From assembly GCA_050633305.1 (NCBI GenBank), contig JBOEGF010000027.1:127403-191402 (forward strand): a stretch of 64,000 nt of DNA. Reading direction: 5' to 3'. The position numbers and the translations under genes are program-made. The notes under the pieces are model-generated. The model did no database searches, was not told the DNA's origin, and was given only the letters and a program-made list of their open reading frames with translations. Below are positions 46,813-57,700 of the stretch, one piece after another. This stretch comes from Nannocystales bacterium (GTDB taxonomy: Bacteria; Myxococcota_A; Polyangia; Nannocystales; Nannocystaceae). Each line of letters starts with the position of its first letter. The stretch's first letter is position 1.

Positions 46813-48291
46813 TCAACCCGGAGCGCCGAAGTTTTGCGTCCAGTAGTGCGTGTAGGGACTACCCGGGGCGTTGTAATAGCCCACGCCCAACTCGGAGAAT
46901 GCGGCGTTCATCAGGTTCGAGCAGTGGCCGTCGCTGTCGAGCCAGCCCTGCACCACCGCCTCCGGCGACGATTGTCCGGCCGCGATGTTCTCGCCCCACG
47001 TGGAGTAGTCGTACTCGGCCAACTGGATCCGCGGGCCGGGCCCTTGGCCATCTAAGTTGGTGTGCGAGAAGTACCCGTTGTCCCCCATGTCCTTGGAGTG
47101 GTTCCGGGCCGCGCAGGTCAGGGCGGGTTCATACACGACGGGGTCTGTCGCCGGAAAGTTGCCTTCGGATCCGCAGTCGGTCGGCGTGGACCGGGCTTCG
47201 TTGACCAACGCGATCACGTCGAGCTCCCAGTCGACCCACCCGTCGTTCCAATCGTGCACAGGCATGCAGTACGCGTTGTCGGGTAGACCACCGTCGTTGG
47301 GAAGCTCGCAGCCATTGGTACAGCTGTCACCGTCGTTGTTGTTGCCATCGTCGCAGTCCTCGCCGGCCTGCACGTAGCCATCACCACACTCGGGGAGTTC
47401 GCACCCGTTGGTACAACCATCGAGGTTGCTCGCGTTGCCGTCATCGCACCCCTCGCCTTCGTTGGGCTGGAGGATTCCATCACCACACGTCGGCAATAGG
47501 CAGGCGTCGGTACAACCATCGTCGTCGTCGCCATTTTGCCCATCATCGCAGGCCTCACCACCCTCGACCTCACCGTTGCCACAGGTCTCGAACTGACACG
47601 TGGGGCTGCACCCATCGTCGGGAGCCGTGTTTCCGTCGTCGCAAGCCTCGTCCCCTCCTGGACCGTCGTGAACGAACCCATCTCCGCATGCTGCGGCCTC
47701 GCAAGAGGTCAAACACGCCCCATGGTCGCTGTTGCTCGCCCCGTCGTCGCACGCCTCGCCTGGTTGCACGAAGCCGTCACCGCATGACGCCAGCACGCAG
47801 GTGCTCGTGCACTCGTCGTCATCCACTGCGTTTCCGTCGTCGCAGGCTTCGCCCTCGTCCAGCGTCCCGTCTCCGCAGTTGGGCAACGCACAACTCGACG
47901 TGCAGGTGTCGCCGTCCTCGAGGTTGCCATCATCACAGCCTTCACCTGGGCCGAGCGCACCGTCGCCGCAGACGTTCTGCGAGCAGTCCGTCTTGCAGGA
48001 CCCGCTTTCCGAGTTCGCGGCGCCTTGGTCGCAGGATTCTCCCTCCTGCACGACCCCATCGCCGCAGGCTCCGTCCGCCCCCGGGACACCGTCTCCGCCG
48101 GAGCTTCCGCCATCACTGTCATAGTCGTCGTCGTCGCTCGAACCCCCGGCTCCGGTCCCCGACGCGCCTGGATCCGCATCGCTTCCGTCTGTCGCCTCGG
48201 GGTCCCAGGCTTCGGTGTCGACGCCCTCAGGCAACCCGACGTAGCAGCCGCCAAGCCAGCACAATGCGAGTCCGAGCCAGCGCGACCTCAT
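46813..48291 (-). CDS. Lipoprotein with Myxococcus Cys-rich repeats and C-terminal CAP/SCP domain
   Basis: LGGC lipobox; AARNHSKDM..YFSH, GENIAAG, WLDSDGHCSNLM, YWTQNFG. Confidence 0.9.
   Translation of the reverse strand: MRSRWLGLALCWLGGCYVGLPEGVDTEAWDPEATDGSDADPGASGTGAGGSSDDDDYDSDGGSSGGDGVPGADGACGDGVVQEGESCDQGAANSESGSCKTDCSQNVCGDGALGPGEGCDDGNLEDGDTCTSSCALPNCGDGTLDEGEACDDGNAVDDDECTSTCVLASCGDGFVQPGEACDDGASNSDHGACLTSCEAAACGDGFVHDGPGGDEACDDGNTAPDDGCSPTCQFETCGNGEVEGGEACDDGQNGDDDDGCTDACLLPTCGDGILQPNEGEGCDDGNASNLDGCTNGCELPECGDGYVQAGEDCDDGNNNDGDSCTNGCELPNDGGLPDNAYCMPVHDWNDGWVDWELDVIALVNEARSTPTDCGSEGNFPATDPVVYEPALTCAARNHSKDMGDNGYFSHTNLDGQGPGPRIQLAEYDYSTWGENIAAGQSSPEAVVQGWLDSDGHCSNLMNAAFSELGVGYYNAPGSPYTHYWTQNFGAPG
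47300..48066 (-). repeat. Eight tandem Myxococcus Cys-rich repeats (CGDG...E.CDDGN....D.C...C)
   Basis: Counted in the translation; about 31-35 aa each. Confidence 0.9.
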
Positions 48292-48505
48292 GCCATAGAC
48301 TGTCTCCCGACAGTGCCGCTCTCCCAAGTGGGGACTTGGTGCCGGACACTACCAACCCCGCGCCTCAGACGGACCTGGCCCGGTAGGACATGTCGCTATC
48401 GAGGCTGTGGCGCCCCACCCATGGCGTGCGATGTGGACCCCGACACCCAGCAGAGATGGTCACGCCACCTACACGCAGCACGATCCGCGGGCGACCCCCG
48501 CCCGC

Positions 48506-49000
48506 TCACCGGCCGAGACCGCGGAGCATTCCCGGCGGGAGCATGGCGTGAAGCCGACCTCCGCCTCGCACCGCCCGGTCGATGGAGAGCGAGCAGAGCC
48601 CCGCTTTCTTCAACCGCAAAACCGAGCCATCGCACCCCACCACGTACGCGACCAGCGCATCCAGGCTCGGCGCATGACCGACGCACAACGGCGCGTCGAA
48701 CTTCTTCGCGACGATCGCCTTGAGCATCGTCGCCGGCTCCCCGTCGGAGACCAGCGAAGACACCTGCTTCAAGGGCACCTCCGGCGCGAGCGCATCGTGG
48801 ACAATGTCGGCGGTCTGCCGGGCGCGCAAGTACGGACTCGTCAGGATTCCGTCGATCTCCAGCCCGATCCGGCGCAGACCGGTGGCCACGGCACGCGTCC
48901 GTGCAACCCCCTTCTCGGTCAGGGGTCGTTGTGGGTCAGGCGGGCAGCGCGGGTCTTCGCGGTCGAACGCGATGCCATGGCGCAGCAGGTGAATCCACAC
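48506..49000 (-). CDS. sixA: Phosphohistidine phosphatase SixA
   Basis: LLRHGIA, RPLT.KG, TSPYLRARQTA, VGHAP. Confidence 0.88.
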   Translation of the reverse strand: MWIHLLRHGIAFDREDPRCPPDPQRPLTEKGVARTRAVATGLRRIGLEIDGILTSPYLRARQTADIVHDALAPEVPLKQVSSLVSDGEPATMLKAIVAKKFDAPLCVGHAPSLDALVAYVVGCDGSVLRLKKAGLCSLSIDRAVRGGGRLHAMLPPGMLRGLGR

Positions 49001-49094
49001 CGCAAAAGTTTACCAGCCCAGCGCAACTCTCATCACCCGGGCGTCGATTCCCCACTTGGCGGAACCTCATGTCCGGGAGTACACCTGCACAGAC

Positions 49095-50591
49095 ATGCCG
49101 GCACGCGCCAAGCAACTCGCGGCGGTCGACCTCGGGTCCAACAGCTTCCACATGATGATCGCGCGGGTTCGCAGCGGTCAGCTCGAGGTGATCGATCGCC
49201 TCAAGGAGCGTGTGCAGATGGCGGCCGGATTCGACGACGCAAACAACCTCACCGAAGACGCCATGACGCGTGGGTTGGCTTGCCTCGAACGCTTCGGCCA
49301 ACGCCTCGCCGACCTCGACAGCGTGGACGTCCGCGCGGTGGGCACAAACACGCTCCGCAAGGCCAAGAACTCCAGTGAGTTCCTCGATCGGGCCGAGGCC
49401 GCACTGGGACACCCCATCGACGTCATCTCGGGCCACGAGGAGGCGCGCATCATCTACCTCGGCGTCGCCCACTCCCTCGCGGACGACACCGGACGACGCC
49501 TGGTCATCGACATCGGCGGCGGCAGCACGGAGTTCATCATTGGCGAGCGCTTCGAACCTCGCCGAGTCCAGTCCGTCCACGTGGGTTGCGTGAGTCACAC
49601 GCTCCGATTCTTCCCCGAGGGCAAACTGCGGCGCGAGGCATTCCGCGAGGCCACCACTGCGGCCCGGGTGGAGATCGAGACGTTCGAACGCGAGTTTCGC
49701 CGAACGGGGTGGGTGAGCGCGGTCGGGAGCTCCGGCACGGTCACCGCGATCGACGAACTGCTACGCGCCAACGGCTGGAGCAACGACGGCATCACCCGCG
49801 CGGGTCTGCGTCAGCTTCGAGAGCACCTGATCGACGTCGGCCGCCTGTCGAAGGTCAGTCTCCCCGGACTCTCGCCCGAGCGAAAGCACGTGCTCCCCGC
49901 AGGTCTGGCGATCCTCCAAGGCGCGTTCAAGAGTCTGAAGATCGACCGCATGTCCGTCTCTCCGGGGGCGATGCGCGAAGGCCTGCTCTACGACACGATT
50001 GGCGGCAACACCCACGAGGACGTCCGCGTCCGGGCGATCGAGTCGCTGCTCGAGCGCTATGACGTCGACCGCCGTCACGCCAACTGTGTCGAATCCACGG
50101 CGCTGCGCTGCTTGGACCAAGTCGCCGCCCCCTGGTCCCTGCACCACCCCGAGCATCGCTGGATGCTCTCATGGGCTTGTCGGCTCCACGAAGTCGGCCT
50201 CAGCCTTTCGTACAGCGGCTACCACAAACACGGCGCGTACCTCGTCGCGAACTCGGACATGGCCGGGTTCTCCCGGGGTTCGCAACATCAGCTCGCCGGA
50301 CTCATCGAGTCCCACCGCCGCCGCATCAAACCGGCGTTGTTCGATCGCCTTCGCGAGTTGAGCGATGGGGACTCCGGTGCTCGTCTCGCCGTGTTGCTTC
50401 GGCTCGCCGTGACGCTCAATCGGAGCCGAGACCCGCAGCCTCTGCCACCGTTTCAGATCACGGCCGCCGGCCAAGCCATCGAACTCCGTTTCGGTCCAGC
50501 CTGGCTCGACAAGCGCCCGTTGACCCGAGCGGACCTGACCAACGAGCAAACCTACCTCCGCGCCGCGGGCTTCGAGCTCTCGTTCGAATAG
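49095..50591 (+). CDS. ppx: Exopolyphosphatase / pppGpp phosphohydrolase (Ppx/GppA)
   Basis: AVDLGSNSFH, ISGHEEAR, DIGGGSTE, REG, C-terminal HD-like LHEVG. Confidence 0.93.
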   Translation: MPARAKQLAAVDLGSNSFHMMIARVRSGQLEVIDRLKERVQMAAGFDDANNLTEDAMTRGLACLERFGQRLADLDSVDVRAVGTNTLRKAKNSSEFLDRAEAALGHPIDVISGHEEARIIYLGVAHSLADDTGRRLVIDIGGGSTEFIIGERFEPRRVQSVHVGCVSHTLRFFPEGKLRREAFREATTAARVEIETFEREFRRTGWVSAVGSSGTVTAIDELLRANGWSNDGITRAGLRQLREHLIDVGRLSKVSLPGLSPERKHVLPAGLAILQGAFKSLKIDRMSVSPGAMREGLLYDTIGGNTHEDVRVRAIESLLERYDVDRRHANCVESTALRCLDQVAAPWSLHHPEHRWMLSWACRLHEVGLSLSYSGYHKHGAYLVANSDMAGFSRGSQHQLAGLIESHRRRIKPALFDRLRELSDGDSGARLAVLLRLAVTLNRSRDPQPLPPFQITAAGQAIELRFGPAWLDKRPLTRADLTNEQTYLRAAGFELSFE

Positions 50592-50641
50592 GGCGGCGCC
50601 AGGGGCCTCGACTCGCGAGGCTCCGCGGCTCGGCAGCGCGC

Positions 50642-51406
50642 CTACTTGCAGGCGGATTGCATGCCGCCTTCGCACGCTTGGGTGCGTAGCGCGGCGGCTT
50701 GCTTCCTGGATTTCTTCCCGCCCAGGCCCTTCTCCCACGCGAGCGCGAGGCCGTAACAGCCACCCATGTCACCGCCGTCGCAAGCCTGCTGGTACTTCGC
50801 GCGAGCGCCCTTGGGGTCCTTGTCGCCACCTTCGCCGAGGATCATCAGGCGGGCCAAGTTGCTGCAGCCGGGCATCTCCCCCGCATCGCAAGCTGCACCG
50901 TAGTGACCGCGGGCCTGCGCAGCATCGGCGTCGCCGCCCTTCCCTTGCTCAAACATGATCGCGGCGTTGAAACAGGCGCCCTCCAGCTTGGACTCGCAGG
51001 TCTTCGCGAACAGCGTCCGCGCCTTGTCGAGTTCGGGCGCTCCGCCGCGCTCGGTCTGCAGAAGGATCGCCAGGTTGTAGCAGCCCAGCTCATGCCCGCC
51101 TTCGCAGGCCGTGTCGTAGTAGCCCCGAGCCTTGGCCTCGTCCTTGGGACCTTCGCGACCTTGCTCCCACATCACGGCAAGCGCCGTACAGACTTCCGGC
51201 TTCTTCTCTTCTTCGCAGGCCCGGATGTGGTTCGCACGAGGATCGACGGGTTCCTCCGGCTCGGCGGGCGCCTCCGCCTCGACAGGCGCCGGCTCGGGCT
51301 CGGGGGCCACGGTCGCAGGTGCGGCATCCTCCGGGACGGTGGTGGGCGTGTCCTTGTTGCAAGCGCTCAGCGCCGCGAGGGAGCAGAGAAGCACGAGAGT
51401 TCGCAT
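50642..51406 (-). CDS. Sel1-like repeat lipoprotein
   Basis: LSAC lipobox, Pro/Glu linker, five ACxxG...GC.NLA repeats. Confidence 0.88.
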   Translation of the reverse strand: MRTLVLLCSLAALSACNKDTPTTVPEDAAPATVAPEPEPAPVEAEAPAEPEEPVDPRANHIRACEEEKKPEVCTALAVMWEQGREGPKDEAKARGYYDTACEGGHELGCYNLAILLQTERGGAPELDKARTLFAKTCESKLEGACFNAAIMFEQGKGGDADAAQARGHYGAACDAGEMPGCSNLARLMILGEGGDKDPKGARAKYQQACDGGDMGGCYGLALAWEKGLGGKKSRKQAAALRTQACEGGMQSACK

Positions 51407-51501
51407 GGTTGGCATCCTTAGCACGACCCCGCAGCGCGGAGAACACGTCGCGGGTTCGTTGCGGGGCCCAGTGCCATGGACTCCGCCCCTGGCCGGCCCC
51501 C

Positions 51502-53301
51502 TCAGTGTCTGGTGGGCGTACCGGGTGTGAGCTGGAGCTCCATCGCTGCGCCACCACGGTCGATCATGACCGGGATGGTCTCGCCGGGCACCAGCTCACC
51601 GAACGCCGCCATGTAGTCATCGATGCTGTGAATCTCGCGCGCGCCCATCTTCTGGATGATGTCGCCCTTTTGAAGTCCAGCCTGCTCCGCGGGCCCTCCC
51701 TCGCGAACCCCGGAGAGCTTCAGCCCATCAACCTCCGCGGCGTAGTCGGGGATCGTCCCAAGCGAGACCTTGAACGCACGGCGGCCCGCGGGCGCCTTGG
51801 TCTTGGTCTTCTGGAACTCGAACGCAACCTGCTCGTGCACGACATCGTCGACCACACCCAGCGCGAGGTCCGTGATCTTGGCCATGCCCTCGAAGTCGAG
51901 CTTGTCAATGTCGTCGGAAGGCTTGTGATAATCCGAGTGCGCCCCGGTGAAGAAGTGCAGCACCGGAATGCCATCGTCATAGAACGCGGCGTGATCCGAA
52001 GGACCCTGTCCGTCGACCTTCGTCGCGACGCTCAGGGAGGTCTCCTGTGCCTCCAGTAGCGGCACCCACTGCGGGGCCGTGCCCACACCCGCGACCACAA
52101 CCTCGTTATTCTCGAGGCGGCCGATCATGTCGAAGTTGACCATGGCGATGATGCTCTCGCGTCGCACATCGTCAAGGTTCTTCACGAAGTAGCGCGAACC
52201 GAGCAGTCCCATCTCCTCCGCCCCAAACGTGAGGCACAGAACGTCGAAAGGACGCTGGGCGTCGGGAAGTCGTGCGAGCGCGCCACACAGCTCCAAGACG
52301 CCCGCGACGCCCGAGGCGTTGTCGTCGGCGCCGTTGTGGACCGCAACCTCTCCGGGCGCCAGCGAGCTCGACGTGCCCATGCCCAGGTGGTCATGGTGCG
52401 CTCCGACGACGACCATCTTGGAGGACGTGCCGTTTCCAACGATCAAGCCCGCGACGTTGGCGGTCTCATGCACGACCCGCTCGACGTCGCTGCGCATCGA
52501 CGCGGGCTCCTTGCTTTTCGTCCCCAGCGTGATGCCTGGCGAATCGGGGTCGACCTTGGGCCCGGGTTTGCGCAGGCCAAACCCTGAGAGCAACGCGAGG
52601 TTGGCCTCGGACCCGACCGCGAGCGCAGGCATTCCGAGCGCGTCGGCCCGACCGTGGTTGGGGAACGCGGCGGCGGAGGTGGGGTCCCACAGGACGAACC
52701 CCACAGCCCCCCGATCCCGGGCGGCGATCATCTTGTTCTGCGGGCGCGTCGCGCCGGGAGGAAGGTGCGGGTTGTTCGAGGGGCCTCCGGCCAGCGCCAC
52801 AACGATGCTGCCCTCGACCGCAGCCTTGATGCCCTTGTAGTCTCCATCGCCGCCGCCCTGCTCGGTGATGCCGTACCCAACGAAGACCAACGGAGCCTCC
52901 GTCGCCCCCTTTGCGGCGGTCCCTTGCGCAAACGGGAGCAGGCTGTGAGGCACGGGTCGGCCCGCGACCACGAGACTGGACTGCCCCCCCTCCACCAGAC
53001 GGACACCGTCGACAACCTCGAACGCCTGGCGGAACGTCAGCCCGAAACCCGGCTCCAACCCCGCCGCTCTCATTTTGCTTTCGATGTAGTCCTGCGTTGC
53101 CTGGTCCCCGGCCGTTCCGGGCGCACGTCCGGCCTGCGCATCGTCGGCAAGAAAGTCGACATGCTGGGTGAGCACCGCAGCCGACACGCCCTCGGGGGCT
53201 AGTCGCTGCGCAGGCTCGGGAGGCTTGGGCGGCGGCGAGGGCTGCTGTTCACAACCAGCCACGAGCAAGCAGAACGCCAGAGTACGCGCGGTTCGGACCA
53301 C
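51502..53301 (-). CDS. M28 family aminopeptidase with PA and PDZ domains, lipoprotein
   Basis: GAHHDH, GADDNASG, AEEMG, NFDMIG, SDH, YHKPSD; C-terminal LGTIPDY PDZ. Confidence 0.92.
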   Translation of the reverse strand: MVRTARTLAFCLLVAGCEQQPSPPPKPPEPAQRLAPEGVSAAVLTQHVDFLADDAQAGRAPGTAGDQATQDYIESKMRAAGLEPGFGLTFRQAFEVVDGVRLVEGGQSSLVVAGRPVPHSLLPFAQGTAAKGATEAPLVFVGYGITEQGGGDGDYKGIKAAVEGSIVVALAGGPSNNPHLPPGATRPQNKMIAARDRGAVGFVLWDPTSAAAFPNHGRADALGMPALAVGSEANLALLSGFGLRKPGPKVDPDSPGITLGTKSKEPASMRSDVERVVHETANVAGLIVGNGTSSKMVVVGAHHDHLGMGTSSSLAPGEVAVHNGADDNASGVAGVLELCGALARLPDAQRPFDVLCLTFGAEEMGLLGSRYFVKNLDDVRRESIIAMVNFDMIGRLENNEVVVAGVGTAPQWVPLLEAQETSLSVATKVDGQGPSDHAAFYDDGIPVLHFFTGAHSDYHKPSDDIDKLDFEGMAKITDLALGVVDDVVHEQVAFEFQKTKTKAPAGRRAFKVSLGTIPDYAAEVDGLKLSGVREGGPAEQAGLQKGDIIQKMGAREIHSIDDYMAAFGELVPGETIPVMIDRGGAAMELQLTPGTPTRH

Positions 53302-53333
53302 GGTCGGAGGCTACTTCAGGCCCGTCTCGCCGG

Positions 53334-54707
53334 CTACCCGATCGCGAGATTGCCGAACATCCACAGCCCGCCTGCCGCCATCCAAACCGCGGCATATCCG
53401 ATGATGTCTCGCGCACGCACGCCTGTGATCGCCAACAGCGGTAGGGCCCAGAACGGCTGCAACATATTCGTCCACTGGTCCCCGTACGCCATCGCCATCA
53501 CGACCCGCCCCGGCTCGATCCCCGTCGCCACGGCTCCCTGCATGAGTACCGGTCCCTGGACAGCCCACTGACCGCCGCCGGAGGGGACGAATAGATTCAG
53601 CAGCCCGGCGGAGCCGAACGCGAGTGCTTCGAACGTCCCCGGGCCAACCTGAGAGAACGCCCCAGCCAGCGCAGCTGCGAGTCCCGCGGCCTTCATCACC
53701 CCCATCACGCCCGCGTACAGCGGGAACTGAACGATCACCCCACCGCAGCTCCGCGCTCCCTCCTCGCAGGCCCGCAAGAACCGGTCGGGCCGTCCGTGCA
53801 GCAGCAACGCGAACGCGAAGAGCGCGAGGTTCACGGTGTTGAAGGACAGCCGAAGCAAGCCCCCCTCGGCGAGCACCATCGCCAACGCAGCGCACAGCGG
53901 GAGCGCGAGCAACATCGAGAAGACCCCGGACCGCTCGACCCGCTCGACGAGCCCGTCCGGCGGAGCCTCCGGTGGCAGCCTCGCCCCAGGTGGCTCCGGC
54001 GCGGGTTGAGCATCGGGGTCGGTTGCCGGCGTCATCCCCATGAACACCAAGGGACCCAGCACCAGAAGACCCCCCGAAACCACCAGGTTGAGCGGACTGA
54101 GCAGCGTCGAGTGCAGGTCGAGGACACCCACCTGCTCGGCAAGCGCAGGACCCAGAACCTCGGCGAGGTCCTCGGCGGTCGTCACCTTCAAAGGAGCGCT
54201 CCCGCTGAGCCCACCATGCCAGGTCATCAGACCGCTGTACCCGGCCGCGCACAACAACGGGTAGTGGAGCGAGTAGCCGCGGAGGCGAGCGATCCGTCCC
54301 GCCTCTCGGGCCACGATCGCGCCACCGATCAGCCCCAAGCTCCAGTTCAGCAACGCGAGCCCGATGGCGATGAAGGCCGTCGCCCCCACCAGTTGGCGTG
54401 GAGACCTCACCCACCCGACCGATGCTGCGATGCCGCGCTGAACAGGCGAGGCGGTCGCCAGCGCCGTCCCCAACACCAACATCACGCACATCTGCATGGT
54501 GAAACTCAGCAGGGCCCACAGGCCCGCGCCGCCGCTCCACGCTCGCAGAACCTCCGCCGGAGGCGTGCCCACCGCGAGCGCCGTCACCAAGACCAGTGTG
54601 GTGAGCCCGACCGCGATCACGAAGGGCTCGGGAACGATGCGTCCGAATCCGATTCGAGCCCGAGCGCCCACGCGAACCAGGGGCCCTCCAGAGGTCCTTT
54701 TTTTCAT
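53334..54707 (-). CDS. atoE: Short-chain fatty acid transporter (AtoE family)
   Basis: FTMQM, WHGGLSGSAPL, QFPLYAG, FVPSGGGQWAVQGP, WTNMLQPFWALP. Confidence 0.9.
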   Translation of the reverse strand: MKKRTSGGPLVRVGARARIGFGRIVPEPFVIAVGLTTLVLVTALAVGTPPAEVLRAWSGGAGLWALLSFTMQMCVMLVLGTALATASPVQRGIAASVGWVRSPRQLVGATAFIAIGLALLNWSLGLIGGAIVAREAGRIARLRGYSLHYPLLCAAGYSGLMTWHGGLSGSAPLKVTTAEDLAEVLGPALAEQVGVLDLHSTLLSPLNLVVSGGLLVLGPLVFMGMTPATDPDAQPAPEPPGARLPPEAPPDGLVERVERSGVFSMLLALPLCAALAMVLAEGGLLRLSFNTVNLALFAFALLLHGRPDRFLRACEEGARSCGGVIVQFPLYAGVMGVMKAAGLAAALAGAFSQVGPGTFEALAFGSAGLLNLFVPSGGGQWAVQGPVLMQGAVATGIEPGRVVMAMAYGDQWTNMLQPFWALPLLAITGVRARDIIGYAAVWMAAGGLWMFGNLAIG

Positions 54708-57700
54708 TCCGAAAGCCCCCTCACCGGCGCCGGCCCAGACCAAGACACTGCGATCGTCTCGAGTTCTTCGAGGTCCTCGGCCGCCCCAGGGCCACTGCGT
54801 CGAAGTTCCACACGCGCCCTCGACAACGCGTCTCGGGCGGCCGCGTGGTCTCCCGAAGCCCACAATGCCTTGGCCAAACCCAGCCGTGTGGCGCCGAGCA
54901 TTCCCGGGCTCCGGCTGCTCATCTCGTACCGCTGAAGACCCTCCCGGTAGGCGCGTATCGCCTCAGTGAACGACTCCTGTTCCAGCTCCAGCCGTCCCAA
55001 AGAGACGAAGCTCGACGCCGCCGCCGTGTCCTCCAACCCGTGACGCTGCAGGACTCGAAACGCGTCGTCGAGTTCGGATCGTGCGCGCGTGTAGTTCTTC
55101 TGGTCGAGGGCGAGGTTGGCCCGACGCTGGTAGGTCGACACAAGCTTGGGGTGATCGTCGTCGAGCGCCTTGCGCTTGATGCTCAGCTCGCGGTCGAGAT
55201 GCTCCCACGCCTCCTCGAATCGCTCCGTCCGCCGATACAGCGACGCGATGTCCCCGTACGAGGACGCAACATCGAGGTGCTCGGGACCGAGCTCGGCCTG
55301 CCGCATCGCCAAAGCCTCCGCGTGGCGTTGCAGCGCGAGCTCGATGTTTCCGCTGCGCTTCTCCAGGTTCCCAAGGTTCGCAAGCACCATCGCTTCCATT
55401 TGCACACGCCCCCCCTTCCGGGCCAGCTCGAGCGCCCGTTCGTAGTCCGTCCGCGCCTCGTCAAGCCGACCTTGTTTCTTGCGCACCACACCGCGGGCCA
55501 GAAATGGTCGCGCGACCGCGAGATGGTCGTCACCAAGGATCGACAACAGCGCGATCGACCGGTTCAAGTGCGGCTCGGCGTCGGTGTACTTTCCGTTCTT
55601 GACCATGGCCTTCGCGACGTTGAGGTGGAGGGTTCCCAGCTTGGGGTGGTCCACGCCGAGCGCCTCTTCGCGAAGCGCAAGCGCGTCGACAAGCAACGCT
55701 TCTGCACGTCGGTCTTCCCCCTTTCGCATGTGCAGCAGCGCGAGGTTGTTCAAGCTGATCGAGTACGTGTACCGCTCCTGAACAGTCTGAGGAGCCTGCT
55801 CCGGCAAGGCCGCCTGCACAACCTCCAAGGCTTCGTCGTATCGCTGCTGTCGCGAGTAGAACGACATCGCGCTATGAGCGAGCTTGCGCTGCAAGTGCGC
55901 TGGGCGTCCGGCCCGATCCAGCATCGCGTCAGCGTAGGCCATCAGCCGCTCGGCCTCCTCAAAGCGCCGGAACGCGGTGCTGTACAGAAACACGAGGTCG
56001 GAAGCCACCGCCGCCGCGACCACGTCGTGTCCACACGCCTCGGCAGCTGCGAGCGCGTCCTCGTACACCTCCGCCGCTCGCTCACGATTCCCCTCCTCCG
56101 CCGCGACCTGCCCCTGAGCGTAACGAAGCTCAGCGACCAGAGGATCGAACCCCAACGACATGATACGAGGTGTGAGGTCCGCGAGGGCCTCCCTCGCCAG
56201 GCCGAACTTCCCCGCGCGACTCAGCTCAGACACCCTCGACAGCTCCACCCGAACGGCCTCCGCCTCCGCCTTTCGCGCGGGAGACTCAGGTAGAGGCCAC
56301 AGCACCCCGGCTTCGGCCAAAGCCTCATCGTCCGCACATGCCTCGATCGATTCGAGTTGGAGCAACAACTCGGGGACCCGAGCGGCGCGGGCTGAATCCG
56401 ACGCAGTGCCTGAGATCAACCGTTCGCGCTGCGTCACCCGACGACGCAGACACGACATCCGCCGATCGAACATCGCATCGTCGATCCGGGCCGTCGCGTA
56501 CGCGTCACAGCTGCTGAGATACGTCGCGTGCCAAGCCTCGACATCCGCGTCGAGGCGCCCGCGAAGTCTCGCGACAACATCCGCGCCCCGCGGCCCCAGC
56601 GATTCGAGAATCGAACTCGAAGTCAGGGCCTGAGCGTCCGCATCCCAGGCGCTGCCCATCCGCTGGGCTCCGCGGACACAGTCACTGTCCTGCGGTGTCG
56701 AGGCCGCCACCCCCACCACCGCAGCCGCAAGGCCGAGCGCTCCGACGGCGCCCCCCCACCGCGCCTTGACGCTTCGCCGCTGCAGCGATCGGAGCAGCGC
56801 ATCCATCGATGGCCAACGGTCGCGGGGCTCCGGTTGGAGTCCCCGAGTGAGCACCTTCTCGAGCCAACGCGGGACCGCAGAGCCCTCGGGACGGGTCTCG
56901 ATGCGACCCCGAGCTTTCGCGATCGCCATCTCGCGCGCGGTCCGACCTGCGAACACCCTCTTCCCTCCCCACAAGAGACGCAGAAAGGCGACGCAGAAGC
57001 TGTACTGGTCTGAGGCGGGACTGACCGGACGACCGACATGTTGCTCCGGAGACATGTAGACCGGCGTTCCCATCACGATCCCGATTTCGGTCAGCCGTCC
57101 CTCCACGCTCGACTCCCCGTGCGCCGGAGCAACGCTCGAAACCGACTCGAGGCCCGAGCTGGCGCCGCCGTGTTCGCCCACCAGCGCCAACCCGAAGTCG
57201 AGCACCCGGACGCGCCCGTCCTCATCCACCATCACGTTGTCGGGCTTGAAGTCCCGGTGCACGATCCCAGCGGCGTGGGCTGCCGCCAAGCCACGGCCGG
57301 CGGCGCCAAACACCTCGAGCAGCTCCTCGGGGGAGCGGGAGCCCTCCTGCGCCCAAGTCCGAAGCGTCTGCCCGCGGACATGCTCCATCACGACGTAGAC
57401 GGTCTTGCCGTCCTCGCATGTCCCGACCCCGTACACCCCCACCACGTTCGGGTGCGACAGGCGGGCCAGCGCTTGCGCCTCCCGGAGAAATCGTTCGGCC
57501 CCCCGCAGCTCGGTCCGTCGTCGACGGTTGCGGACCAGCTTGACCGCCACATGACGCTCCAGCTTTGGATCCCAAGCTTCGAACACGATGCCCAAGCCAC
57601 CCGCGCCCAGCATCCGACCCAACACATAGCGGTCGACTCGCTCGGGGGGAATGAACGCCGGCTCGGGATTCTCGGACGGAGCGTCGTCAGCGACGGTCCC

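Noticed and set aside
47300..48066. Periodic DNA similarity resembling a CRISPR array
   Set aside because: It is an in-frame degenerate protein repeat; there are no identical direct repeats and no cas genes.
48506..50591. Divergent sixA-ppx pair as a novel system
   Set aside because: SixA next to polyphosphate-metabolism genes is a common, known neighbourhood.
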